Source: an uncultured Candidatus Saccharibacteria bacterium
Lineage (GTDB): Bacteria; Patescibacteriota; Minisyncoccia; Phycocordibacterales; JACNGX01
Reading direction: 5' to 3'
DNA length: 64,000 nt
Assembly (NCBI GenBank): GCA_964621395.1
Contig: CAZULS010000001.1
Location: forward strand, 245,106 to 309,105
Part shown: positions 39,987 to 48,772 of the stretch, piece by piece
How positions within the stretch are numbered: the stretch's first letter is position 1
How the letters are laid out: every line of letters starts with the position of its first letter
The notes under the pieces: generated by a model
What the model saw: the letters and a program-made list of their open reading frames with translations, nothing else
Told to the model about the DNA's origin: nothing
The model's database searches: none
Program-made: the position numbers and the translations under genes

Positions 39987-41437
39987 GCGAGCAAGATATT
40001 ACAAAAAAATCCATAAAAGAATTGCAAGAGCTTATGGAAAGCGGAGAGCTCACATCTGAGCTCACCGTCTCCGCATATCTCGAAGAAATCAAAAAGCGAG
40101 ATGGCGATATTCATGCATTTTTGGAAGTGTATGATGATGCTCTCGCACAGGCAAAATATGCTGATGCTCGTCGTGCTTCCGGAGAGAAGGGAACGCTTCT
40201 GGGTATTCCCGTGGCTCTTAAGGATAATCTCTTGGTGAAGGGGAGAGTGGCGAGCGCTGCCTCAAAGATTCTTGAGCACTATGTTGCCGTATATGATGCC
40301 GAAGTGGTGGAGCGACTCAAAGATGCCGGTGCGGTGCTTATTGGTCGCACCAATATGGATGAGTTTGCCATGGGGTCATCAACGGAAAATTCGGCTTTTG
40401 GACCCACGAAAAATCCACACGATACATCGCGCGTGCCGGGAGGGTCGTCGGGAGGATCGGCGGCGGCTGTCGCGGCAGAGTTTGTACCCCTTGCACTCGG
40501 AAGCGATACAGGAGGCTCCATCAGGCAGCCGGCGGCTTTGTGTGGAGTTGTGGGATTGAAGCCCACGTATGGCGCCGTGTCACGTCGTGGTGTGATGGCA
40601 ATGGGCTCGTCGCTTGACCAGATTGGTCCTTTTGCGCGGAGCGTGGAGGAAGCGGAGATGTTGTTTGAAGTGATTGCCGGCTATGATGAAAAAGACAGTA
40701 CCTCGCTTCCCGAAAGAACACGCAAAGAAATTCGCGGCGACAAGCCACTTTCTAAAAACATGCGCATTGGTGTGCCGGAAGATTTTGTCTATGCTGAAGG
40801 AATTGATGAGGATGTTAAGAGGCGATTCACGGAGACGCTTGCAGCACTGAAAGCGCAAGGGCATGAGGTTTCGCCGATAACGCTTCCTACAGCGAAATAC
40901 GGACTCGCGGCATATTACATCATTATGCCGGCGGAAGTCTCCACCAACCTTGCTCGTTTCGATGGCATTCGCTACGGACTCTCTGAAGATGCAGACGACA
41001 TTGTGAGTGTGTACACAAAGACGCGCGGAAAAGGATTTGGCAAAGAGACACGACGCCGTGTCATGCTTGGCACCTATGTACTCTCGGCAGGATATTACGA
41101 TGCGTATTATAATAAAGCTATTAAGGTACGTGAAAGTATTCGTGAAGATTTTGCGAAGGCGTTCGAAAACGTGGATGTGATCGTGACTCCTACATCACCG
41201 ACACCGGCATTCAAAGCGGGGGAGAAGACAGATGATCCGCTTCAGATGTATATGGCTGATATCTTTACCGTGCCGGTGAATATCGCGGGTGTGCCGGCAT
41301 TGTCGGTGCCTATGGGGGAGGTGGAGCGTGAAGGAGCAACACTTCCGATAGGATTTCAGATCATTGCCCCCGACATGCGCGAAGACATGCTCTTTACCCT
41401 CGGGAAAGACGTAGAAAAGGTGTACGCTAAGAAATAA
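39983..41437 (+). CDS. gatA: Glu-tRNA(Gln)/Asp-tRNA(Asn) amidotransferase subunit A
   Basis: 484 aa; amidase signature GGSSGGSAAAVA; catalytic Ser-cisSer-Lys triad context. Confidence 0.9.
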   Translation: MSEQDITKKSIKELQELMESGELTSELTVSAYLEEIKKRDGDIHAFLEVYDDALAQAKYADARRASGEKGTLLGIPVALKDNLLVKGRVASAASKILEHYVAVYDAEVVERLKDAGAVLIGRTNMDEFAMGSSTENSAFGPTKNPHDTSRVPGGSSGGSAAAVAAEFVPLALGSDTGGSIRQPAALCGVVGLKPTYGAVSRRGVMAMGSSLDQIGPFARSVEEAEMLFEVIAGYDEKDSTSLPERTRKEIRGDKPLSKNMRIGVPEDFVYAEGIDEDVKRRFTETLAALKAQGHEVSPITLPTAKYGLAAYYIIMPAEVSTNLARFDGIRYGLSEDADDIVSVYTKTRGKGFGKETRRRVMLGTYVLSAGYYDAYYNKAIKVRESIREDFAKAFENVDVIVTPTSPTPAFKAGEKTDDPLQMYMADIFTVPVNIAGVPALSVPMGEVEREGATLPIGFQIIAPDMREDMLFTLGKDVEKVYAKK

Positions 41438-41487
41438 TTAAGATGTTGTCATTCCGGCCCCCGAGCCGGAATCCAAAAAATCACGAA

Positions 41488-41618
41488 GATTCCGCATCAC
41501 CAGAGCCCTACTTTCACCAGTATCATTTGCAGCAAAACATTTTTCATTCCTTCTTCTACCGTCTACGATTTCTTAATGTATCTAGTGAAAGTGAGGCTCG
41601 GCAAGAGTACGGAATGAC
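41488..41618. repeat. MITE-like element, family 1
   Basis: gattccgcatcaccagagccctactttcacc...agtgaaagtgaggctcggcaagagtacggaatgaca, followed by the TTCGTA array and the 5' module. Confidence 0.7.
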
Positions 41619-41724
41619 AATAGAAGTGGATAATGTACTAAAGGTCAGATTCGTATGTTCGTACCGATTCGTAGTTCGTAACCTTTTTATTCTCCTAACC
41701 TTTAATTTCCTAATCTCCTGATGT

Positions 41725-42330
41725 ATGGAAGGCCCCTTCATTGATCTTGAATACGTGTTTTACCAAATATATTCATTTGTATTTGGTATTCCTTCTGCAA
41801 CATCGACCGAAAACGCAACGTCCACGGGTCTATTATCGACTATCACCTCTTTTGACCCAAACCCGACATTTATCATTGCAAAAAATGTGATATCGCTTGT
41901 CATATTACTGCTGATTGCGGGCATTGTGTATGTGCTTGTGCGTCTCTGGGAAGTACAAAAAGAAGAAGAGGCGCAATTTGTCTTCGCTGAGCCTGAACAC
42001 GGACATGGAGAAATTAAGAACGAGCAATGGGAGCTCATTGAAGAGCACATCTCGTCAGAGAATACTTCGGATTGGCGTGTGGCAATCCTTGAGGCAGATA
42101 ATATGCTTGAAGACATGCTGGTGCGCATGGGCTACGACGGTGAGAGCATTGCCGATCGCTTGCGTGCGGTAGAACCAAGCGACTTTACTCATATCCAAAG
42201 TGCATGGGAGGCGCATAGAGTGCGTAATCAGATTGCGCATGAAGGAGTGAATTTTGTCGTTACTCAACGTGAAGCCCGCAGAGTGATTGAGCTGTATCGA
42301 AAAGTGTTTGAGGAATTCCACTATATTTAG
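41725..42330 (+). CDS. Hypothetical membrane-anchored protein with HEPN-like R-x4-H motif
   Basis: 201 aa; one TM (ISLVILLLIAGIVYVLV); C-terminal AWEAHRVRNQIAHEG. Confidence 0.35.
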   Translation: MEGPFIDLEYVFYQIYSFVFGIPSATSTENATSTGLLSTITSFDPNPTFIIAKNVISLVILLLIAGIVYVLVRLWEVQKEEEAQFVFAEPEHGHGEIKNEQWELIEEHISSENTSDWRVAILEADNMLEDMLVRMGYDGESIADRLRAVEPSDFTHIQSAWEAHRVRNQIAHEGVNFVVTQREARRVIELYRKVFEEFHYI

Positions 42331-42657
42331 GAACTAGAATAAAGAATGAAGAATTATGCCTAGCCCGTGCCGAGCCACGGTCGGCCTAGGGAATAAAGAA
42401 TAAAAGGTGCGGCTCACGCCGCACCTTTTATGTATCCCACTTGTCATTTCGTACCCAAACTCTGTCATTCCGGGCTTGACCCGGAATCTCAAAAACAATC
42501 CCACACCTCTCAACACTTCAGAAAATAAAAAAAGCCCGCGGCTTTTGCCAAGGCTCCGCGGGGCACTCGTGCGGCTTGCGTAATAAAAGAGGATATGGTA
42601 CTATCGTGTATACGAAGCCGAGAACGGCTTTTTCATTTGAAATATATGGTATTCCAT

Positions 42658-42728
42658 AGGGGGGTAGAGAAGTAGTATCTCGGGAGGCTCATAACCTCCA
42701 GACCTAGGTGCAATTCCTAGCCCCCCTA
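42658..42728 (+). ncRNA. tRNA-like cloverleaf, anticodon CAT, non-canonical D/T loops (possible pseudo-tRNA or att remnant)
   Basis: Hand fold: 7-bp acceptor (AGGGGGG/CCCCCCT), U8, 3-bp D stem, 5-bp anticodon stem ggagg/cctcc with loop cUCAUAa (U33, A37), 4-nt variable loop, 5-bp T stem ctagg/cctag with loop tGcaatt (G at position 55), discriminator A then CC. Confidence 0.3.
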
Positions 42729-43040
42729 CCTGTACACCAAAAAGACACGACAAGCGTGTCTTTTTGGTGTATACAGGAGGGAGGGATGAGAATGCATTTA
42801 TGCATTCTCATTAGGAATTGCAAGCCGCAGCCATATCGGAGCAACTTGTTGCGACGATGGCGAGGCCGGGCAGGAGCCACACGCACTTTTCCGAGCTTTT
42901 GCGAAGGAAAAGGGCGATGTGAGCTGCGCCAATTCCTAGCCCCCCTACACCCGAATACAAAAACGGCACAAATGTGCCGTTTTTGTGTTTTAGGGTACAA
43001 ATGTAAATTGCGCCAATTGCAAGCCGAAAAAAGTTGAGAA
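42700..43040. repeat. Diverged tandem duplication of a (tRNA-3'-end)-(long hairpin)-(aattgcaagccg) module
   Basis: aattcctagcccccctac at 42712 and 42925. Hairpins caccaaaaagacacg-acaag-cgtgtctttttggtg (42735-42769) and acaaaaacggcac-aaat-gtgccgtttttgt (42950-42979). aattgcaagccg at 42815 and 43015. Confidence 0.5.
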
Positions 43041-43061
43041 TACACCAAAAACCTGGTATGC

Positions 43062-43259
43062 TAGAACCCATCTCATATTAAATGGTGTATTCTCGCGCTC
43101 TCTCGCTGAGCGAGTCGATGTCGCGGAGACCGTGCCGCACTTTCGTGCGGTGCGGTTGAGCGACGAGACGCAGCCAGCGAGAGAGTGCGAGAATTGCCAA
43201 GCATGATACACAGAGTGTAGAAGTATTGTTTCTGGCGGTTTAATGTGAGATGGGTTCTG
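43062..43259. repeat. MITE-like element, family 2
   Basis: ctagaacccatctcatattaaatgg...gagaattgccaagc...taatgtgagatgggttctg; lies 8 nt before tRNA-Met. Confidence 0.7.
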
Positions 43260-43267
43260 TACACCTT

Positions 43268-43344
43268 GCCGGGGTAGCTCAGTCGGTTAGAGCGAAGGAC
43301 TCATAAGCCTTAGGTCGTGGGTTCGATCCCCACCCCCGGCACCA
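43268..43344 (+). tRNA. tRNA-Met (anticodon CAT; elongator, initiator or Ile2 not distinguishable)
   Basis: Cloverleaf by hand: acceptor gccgggg/ccccggc, D arm gctc-agtcggtta-gagc, anticodon loop cucauaa, T arm gtggg-ttcgatc-cccac, discriminator A, encoded CCA. A terminator hairpin follows at 43345..43392. Confidence 0.8.
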
Positions 43345-43431
43345 CTCCGCAAAAAAAACTCCTTGAGGAGTTTTTTTACGGAGTGGTGCCGGACAAGCCC
43401 GGCTTACATTACCCTATTCAAACACAAGGTA

Positions 43432-43460
43432 TTGACATGATTCCCATACTATGTTAGGAT
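43432..43460 (+). promoter_or_regulatory. Sigma70-type promoter (TTGACA-17 nt-TAGGAT) for ORF 43620
   Basis: ttgaca at 43432-43437 and taggat at 43455-43460. A 14-bp leader hairpin tgccatagcagaaa...tttctgctatggca follows (43488-43538), and an AGGAG RBS lies 8 nt before the ATG. Confidence 0.55.
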
Positions 43461-43619
43461 GTCTACAGGATTCCTTGTAAGACTCGCGTCTGCCATAGCA
43501 GAAAGTGTCTAATTCTTGGACTTTTTCTGCTATGGCAAACCTCAATATCGAGTGAGGCCCGCTGGCACGTGACTATTTGTCCAATATGGACTACTTGTCA
43601 CAAAATCAGGAGACTAATA

Positions 43620-44195
43620 ATGAGTACTGAACTTACTCTTGGTGTCAAACTGGCCGGCAAACTCCAGGATGCCCTGGAGCGCAATGGTATTACCGACCTG
43701 GCTGATGTTGACTGGCTCGCGTCCGGTGACAACGTCGCCAAGATGCGCCGTGTGCGACTCGGTCACGCCGAAATCGTGACCCCCGAGCACGTCATCGACT
43801 GCGATGTCGATCCGTTCGTCCCTGACGGCTGGTCTGTCGAGGAGCACCGCAGGGGAGGCATGGTCAAATGGGACCCCACCCTCGTCTGGCTGTACCTTGA
43901 CAGGCTCCAGAAGAGCGGCGTAGTCGGGGGCGACAAGCTCCACAAGGCACTGGCGAAAAAGCCGGTGTTGAATGCAAATGTGCTCGATTACCTGCTCGCG
44001 TACCCGCACCTCATCCCAGAGGAGTGGGAAGGTAAGTACGTCTTCTTTTGGGGGACGATTTACCGCCGCCGCGGCCGGTACGGCCGCCTCTACGTCCGCT
44101 TCCTCCTTCGGCGCGGTGGTGAGTGGCACTGGCACTTCTACTCGCTCGGCCGTGTTTGGGGCGGCGTTGACCCAGCTCTTCTCCTCGCAAGTTGA
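43620..44195 (+). CDS. Hypothetical W/R/G-rich protein, GC-rich (about 62% GC), likely horizontally acquired
   Basis: Internal ATG (MSTELTLGVKLAGKLQDALERNG...) of ORF 43569..44195; own promoter, RBS and terminator (44214..44249). Composition contrasts sharply with the flanks. Confidence 0.4.
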   Translation: MSTELTLGVKLAGKLQDALERNGITDLADVDWLASGDNVAKMRRVRLGHAEIVTPEHVIDCDVDPFVPDGWSVEEHRRGGMVKWDPTLVWLYLDRLQKSGVVGGDKLHKALAKKPVLNANVLDYLLAYPHLIPEEWEGKYVFFWGTIYRRRGRYGRLYVRFLLRRGGEWHWHFYSLGRVWGGVDPALLLAS

Positions 44196-44365
44196 GCCTT
44201 GTTCTTTTGTTTCTGGCTCCATATTAACAACATGGAGCCAGTTTTTTATGAAATGGTTTTGGTAAACACGGCAAGCAGACTTTCATTTTCCTTGCATTCC
44301 AAGAATATCTATAGTATGCTATGTCGCACGTGCTTTTGCTTTGAATATTGAAGGCACTCACTACT

Positions 44366-44524
44366 ATGTCACAGGATAGACTCATTAAATTGGCTTGTGC
44401 GGACTGTAAGCGAATCAATTATTGGTCCCGCAAGAACAAAAAGAAAGTTGAGCGCAAGATTGAGCTCGACAAGTATTGTAAGTGGTGCAAGAAGCACACA
44501 ACACATAAAGAGACGAAGAAGTAA
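44366..44524 (+). CDS. rpmG: 50S ribosomal protein L33
   Basis: 52-aa ORF below the track cut-off: [53 protein letters not shown]33 Cys4 zinc ribbon (C..C...C..C) with the KNK and HKE context. Confidence 0.7.
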   Translation: MSQDRLIKLACADCKRINYWSRKNKKKVERKIELDKYCKWCKKHTTHKETKK

Positions 44525-44525
44525 T

Positions 44526-44724
44526 CAGAACTCATCTCACATTACATGGCTTGTTCTCGCGCCAAGGATTCGAGCGAGTCGCAGTCTCGGAGACCGAAGC
44601 GTACTATTGTACGATGAGGTTGAGAGGCAAGACGCAGCCGAATACTTGGCGCGAGAACTGCCAAGCGATTATGCGTAGCGTGAGAATATCACTACCTTAG
44701 CGGTGTAATGTGAGATGAGTTCTG
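44526..44724. repeat. MITE-like element, family 2
   Basis: Starts 2 nt after the rpmG stop and ends 16 nt before tRNA-Asp: cagaactcatctcacattacatggcttgttctcgcgcc...gcgcgagaactgccaagcg...taatgtgagatgagttctgg. Confidence 0.7.
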
Positions 44725-44739
44725 GTGTCGTTTAGAGCT

Positions 44740-44814
44740 GCGGCCGTGGTGTAGCTCGGTTAACACGTCGCTCTGTCACAGCGAAGATCGCCGGTTCAAA
44801 TCCGGTCGGCCGCG
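44740..44814 (+). tRNA. tRNA-Asp (GTC)
   Basis: Acceptor gcggccg/cggccgc, D stem gtgt/acac, anticodon stem tcgct/agcga with loop cuGUCac, T arm gccgg-ttcaaat-ccggt, discriminator G; no encoded CCA. Confidence 0.85.
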
Positions 44815-44934
44815 CAAAAACAAAAAACACTAGCTCTCGCTAGTGTTTTTTGTTTTTGGCAAAGCGGCCGAACGGAACTTCACTGTGATTTTTTTCTTGA
44901 AAACCGTTACCAAATATAGTACTCTATACAGCAC

Positions 44935-45007
44935 GCCAAGATAGCTCAGTTGGTAGAGCACACCCATGGTAAGGGTGAGGTCCCGGGTTCAAACCCCGGT
45001 CTTGGCT
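44935..45007 (+). tRNA. tRNA-Thr (GGT)
   Basis: Acceptor gccaaga/tcttggc, D arm gctc-agttggta-gagc, anticodon stem caccc/gggtg with loop auGGUaa, T arm ccggg-ttcaaac-cccgg. Confidence 0.85.
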
Positions 45008-45447
45008 CACGAGCATAGCGAGTGAACCAAGACAGAAAGCCCACTGCTGGGCTTTCGTCGGGGTTTGAACGGCGGAGTATGTCTGAGTGGCTTGCCACGA
45101 AGACAGCGAGCCGCGTCCAGCGATACTTATCAGAATACGAGCCCTTGGGCGAAGTATTATGATTAGTAATCGTGGGACAACCCCGGTTGCGGATTGCGAA
45201 TACCTGGAGCAATACGCTTAATAACTCCGGGACAACCCCGGCCCTGTTGTGGCTCACGAGCTCCTCGGACCGAGCACCATCCAAGCACCACTTTCACCAA
45301 CTACTCTATAATTTGTTAAAGAGGAGTTTAAGAATTTCCTTTCCAAAAAGTTGATGATAGGGTGTAATAGTGAAAGTGGTGCTCGGTGGTGCTTGGGAAG
45401 CGAGTGTATTCTTAATTCTTAACTCCTAATTCTTCATTCTAATCATC

Positions 45448-45520
45448 GCCACCTTAGCTCAGTTGGTAGAGCGATCGCTTCGTAAGCGATAGGTCCCCAG
45501 TTCAATCCTGGGAGGTGGCT
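45448..45520 (+). tRNA. tRNA-Thr (CGT)
   Basis: Acceptor gccacct/aggtggc, anticodon stem atcgc/gcgat with loop uuCGUaa, T arm cccag-ttcaatc-ctggg. Confidence 0.85.
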
Positions 45521-45748
45521 CAGAAAATCAAAAGACAAAAAACAATAGTCAAATACCAAATAAAAAGGAAATATCAAACACAAAAACACAAAAGCGGCGC
45601 GTAGCGTCGCTTTTTGATACACGGCATTATTTGTCATTCCCAGCTTGACTGGGAATCTTCGCTGTTTTGTTTTTAGAGGTTATTCGAGAAGATCCCGCAT
45701 CAAGTGCGGGATGACAGGATATGTGTGTTCCGTGCTATACTGTCCACT

Positions 45749-46645
45749 ATGACAGACACGCGGACAAAAGAGGAGAAGCAAATGCGACTCAAGGAGATTG
45801 AGGCGGCAATGAATAGCGCCGATTTTTGGAGCGATAAAGACAAAGCACAATCGCTTATTGCCGAAATGCAGGAGCTGAAAGACGATATTGAAGGTGTCTC
45901 AAAATATGATCGCATGGGCGCTATCATTTCATTTGTTGCCGGTGCGGGGGGAGACGACGCGGAAGATTTTGTGGCGATGCTGTATCGGATGTATGCGAAG
46001 TATGCGGAGAATCGTGGGTGGAGCATGGAGGTGCTCCATAAAAATGAAAATGATCATGGCGGTATTCGCAATCTCACCGCAGAGATTACAACGAAGAATG
46101 CATACGGCACACTCAAGCATGAATCAGGGATCCATCGACTCGTGCGCCTCTCTCCTTTTAATGCCAAGAGTCAGCGACACACGTCTTTTGCACTTGTGGA
46201 AGTGGTGCCGAAAATCGACAAGCGCGGCGGTATCGACATTAGAGACGAAGATGTGAAGGTGGAATTTGCACGATCATCAGGTCCGGGCGGGCAGAATGTG
46301 AATAAGCGGGAGACGGCAGTGCGTATTGTGCATCTGCCGACCAATATCGCCGTCCACGCCGAATCAGAGCGCACACAGGAGCGCAATCGCGATAAGGCAA
46401 TGGAGATTCTCGAAGGACGCTTGATTCGCAAGCAGGAAGACGACCGTGCTCGCGAGCTTGCCGGATTGTCTGTGTCAAAGACAGTGCAGATTGAATGGGG
46501 GAATCAGATTCGCTCGTATGTCCTTCACCCATATAAAATGGTGAAAGACCACCGAACGGATGTGGAAGTGCGCGATGCCGAAAAGGTCTTGGAGGATGGT
46601 GTTATTGAGCCATTTTTGGACGCTGAAAAAGAGCTTTCACAGTAA
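45749..46645 (+). CDS. prfB: Peptide chain release factor 2 (N-terminally short, no frameshift site evident)
   Basis: ATG 8 nt after TATACT (45735-45740). SPF tripeptide motif (RLSPFNAKSQRHTSFA) and GGQ (SGPGGQNVNK). The alignment begins at about residue 25-30 of E. coli RF2. The track's GTG start at 45704 lies inside a hairpin repeat. Confidence 0.8.
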   Translation: MTDTRTKEEKQMRLKEIEAAMNSADFWSDKDKAQSLIAEMQELKDDIEGVSKYDRMGAIISFVAGAGGDDAEDFVAMLYRMYAKYAENRGWSMEVLHKNENDHGGIRNLTAEITTKNAYGTLKHESGIHRLVRLSPFNAKSQRHTSFALVEVVPKIDKRGGIDIRDEDVKVEFARSSGPGGQNVNKRETAVRIVHLPTNIAVHAESERTQERNRDKAMEILEGRLIRKQEDDRARELAGLSVSKTVQIEWGNQIRSYVLHPYKMVKDHRTDVEVRDAEKVLEDGVIEPFLDAEKELSQ

Positions 46646-46910
46646 CGCCTTTCGTGTTCAGTATTGTCAAAAAAGCGAAGATCCCGCATCAAGTGCGGGA
46701 TGACAGGTACTTTTATTGTTTATTTTCCATTGTTTGTTCGTAGGCATTTTTTGCTTTTTTCGTTTTGGTGTATAATACTCTTACGAACGTACAAATTGTT
46801 ACATATCTACAAATGGTACGAATAATACAAATCCGTTTCTAACGCCAGGTGGTCATTTGTATTATTCGTACCATTTGTAAATTAGTATGTATTCGTAGAT
46901 TTGGAGTCTT

Positions 46911-47603
46911 ATGATTCACTTCGATCATGTGTCAAAAGAATATCGCGACAATGGCAACGGAGTAACACTTGCGCTCGATGACATCTCTCTCGGTATTGAG
47001 AGAGGTGAGTTTGCCTCCATCGTGGGGCATTCCGGTGCAGGGAAGACAACACTTCTCAAAATGCTTTTTGCCGAAGAGTCGCCGTCGACCGGAGCGGTCT
47101 ATTTCGAAGAGCGCGATGTGCACACCATGCCGGAGAAAGAAATTCCGACACTGCGCCGCCGTATTGGTACTGTCTTCCAGGATTTCAAGCTTCTCCCGAA
47201 TAAAACCGCATACGAAAATATTGCATTTGCCATGGAGGCGGCAGGGCGCACTGATGCGGAGATTGCCGCCGACGTTCCTCAGGCGCTTGAACTTGTGGAT
47301 TTGGAAGATAAGATTTGGAACTTTCCACACCAGCTTTCCGGAGGGGAAAGACAGCGCGTGGCAATTGCTCGTGCCATCATCAATCAGCCCGACCTCCTCA
47401 TTGCCGACGAGCCCACAGGAAACCTCGACCCAATCAACACGCAAGACATTGTAAATATTTTGCGAAAGATTAATGAACTCGGCACGACGATTCTCTTGAC
47501 GACTCACAATAAAGGAGTGATTGATTCTCTCGGCAAGCGCGTGATTACCATGGATGAAGGGAAGATTGTCCGTGACGATAATAAGGGGAGGTATGTGTTA
47601 TGA
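46911..47603 (+). CDS. ftsE: Cell division ATP-binding protein FtsE (ABC ATPase)
   Basis: 230 aa; Walker A GHSGAGKTT; ABC signature LSGGERQRVAIARA; Walker B LLIADEPTGNLD. Confidence 0.85.
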   Translation: MIHFDHVSKEYRDNGNGVTLALDDISLGIERGEFASIVGHSGAGKTTLLKMLFAEESPSTGAVYFEERDVHTMPEKEIPTLRRRIGTVFQDFKLLPNKTAYENIAFAMEAAGRTDAEIAADVPQALELVDLEDKIWNFPHQLSGGERQRVAIARAIINQPDLLIADEPTGNLDPINTQDIVNILRKINELGTTILLTTHNKGVIDSLGKRVITMDEGKIVRDDNKGRYVL

Positions 47604-47630
47604 GAACGATGAACGGTAAACGATAAACGA

Positions 47631-47660
47631 GCCTAAAGCATGACGAGTCATGCTCGGCCA
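47631..47660 (+). repeat. REP-like hairpin repeat (gcctaaagcatgacgagtcatgctcggcca)
   Basis: Third copy of this family; preceded by the aacggtaaacgataaacg motif. Followed by a family-1 MITE variant (47685..47751) and a solo hairpin unit (47765..47789). Confidence 0.5.
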
Positions 47661-47840
47661 CGTAAAAATAATTTGTCATTCTGAACTCTCGCCGAGCTCG
47701 ACCCAGCTCTTTCTCGGAAAGGGCTGGGTGGGGCTCTGGTGATTCAGAATCTAAGAATTCTTGGATTCCGGGTCGAGCCCGGAATGACCGCAGAGCCGCG
47801 GAGCGGCGATTCCTAGAAGCTAAAAGCTATTTCCTAATAT

Positions 47841-48767
47841 ATGTTATTCACCCACATCAAACGCATCAGTAAAGCCGGCTTCGTGAGCTTCTGGCGCAAC
47901 GGCGTTGTTTCGGTAACATCCGTGCTTATGATGACGGTCACGCTCTTTGTCATTGGCATCACCATTTTCCTCGGTGCTCTCTTGAACAGCTCTCTGGAAT
48001 ATATTAAAGATAAGGTTGATGTGAATATCTATTTTGTGACCGATGCAGCTGAGGAAGATATGCTCGCGCTGCGGGCGGCGATTGATGCATTGCCGGAGGT
48101 TGCAAGCACAGTCTTCATCTCTCGAGAAGAAGCGTTGGAGAATTTCCGTACACGACATGAAAATGATTACGTGACAATTCAAGCACTTGATGAGCTTGAA
48201 GAAAATCCGCTCGGTGCCTCACTGTCTATCAAAGCAAAAGAAACATCACAATACGAAACAATCGCTCGTTTTTTGGAGGATAATAACGCGCTCGGAGAAA
48301 GTGAGGAGAGTATCGTTGATAAGGTGAACTTCTATCAAAATGAAGTTGCCATCAATAAATTGACCAATATCATACACGGTGTGGAGCTGATCAGTTTGGT
48401 CATTACCATTTTCTTGGTTGTCGTCTCGGTGCTCATTACCTTTAATACGATTCGCTTGGCGATTTATACTTCGCGTGAGGAAATCGGTGTGATGCGTTTG
48501 GTGGGGGCGGGAAATGCGTATGTGCGCGGTCCGTTTCTTGTGGAAGGGTTTCTGTATGGCGTGGTTGCCGCAATCATTACACTCATCGCGCTCTATCCGG
48601 CAACAGCATGGCTTGGAGACGCCACCGAGCGTTTCTTCGGCACGATGAACATTTTCAATTACTACATGGATAATGCCGGATGGTTTGCGCTTATCATTCT
48701 CCTTGCCGGTATCGCACTCGGTGTCATTGCAAGCTTTTTGGCAGTCCGCCGATATCTGAAGAAATAA
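47841..48767 (+). CDS. ftsX: Cell division permease FtsX
   Basis: 308 aa; N-terminal TM, large periplasmic loop and three C-terminal TMs; adjacent to ftsE. Confidence 0.7.
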   Translation: MLFTHIKRISKAGFVSFWRNGVVSVTSVLMMTVTLFVIGITIFLGALLNSSLEYIKDKVDVNIYFVTDAAEEDMLALRAAIDALPEVASTVFISREEALENFRTRHENDYVTIQALDELEENPLGASLSIKAKETSQYETIARFLEDNNALGESEESIVDKVNFYQNEVAINKLTNIIHGVELISLVITIFLVVVSVLITFNTIRLAIYTSREEIGVMRLVGAGNAYVRGPFLVEGFLYGVVAAIITLIALYPATAWLGDATERFFGTMNIFNYYMDNAGWFALIILLAGIALGVIASFLAVRRYLKK

Positions 48768-48772
48768 TTTCT

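Noticed and set aside
42334-43260. tmRNA (ssrA) in the 900-nt ORF-free structured region upstream of tRNA-Met
   Set aside because: No tRNA-like 3' domain with a TpsiC arm and CCA other than the bona fide tRNA, and no plausible tag-peptide reading frame ending in ...AA-stop. The region is better explained by the tRNA-like cloverleaf, duplicated hairpins and a MITE.
45636-45660. RF2 +1 frameshift site (CTT TGA C)
   Set aside because: Searched 45550..45760 by eye. Only cttgac (no inserted T) occurs, inside a hairpin repeat. No short frame-0 leader ORF is present.
45704-45748. GTG start at 45704 for prfB
   Set aside because: It lies inside the hairpin unit gatcccgcatcaagtgcgggatgaca. ATG 45749, preceded by a TATACT box, is more plausible, though which start is used is unverified.
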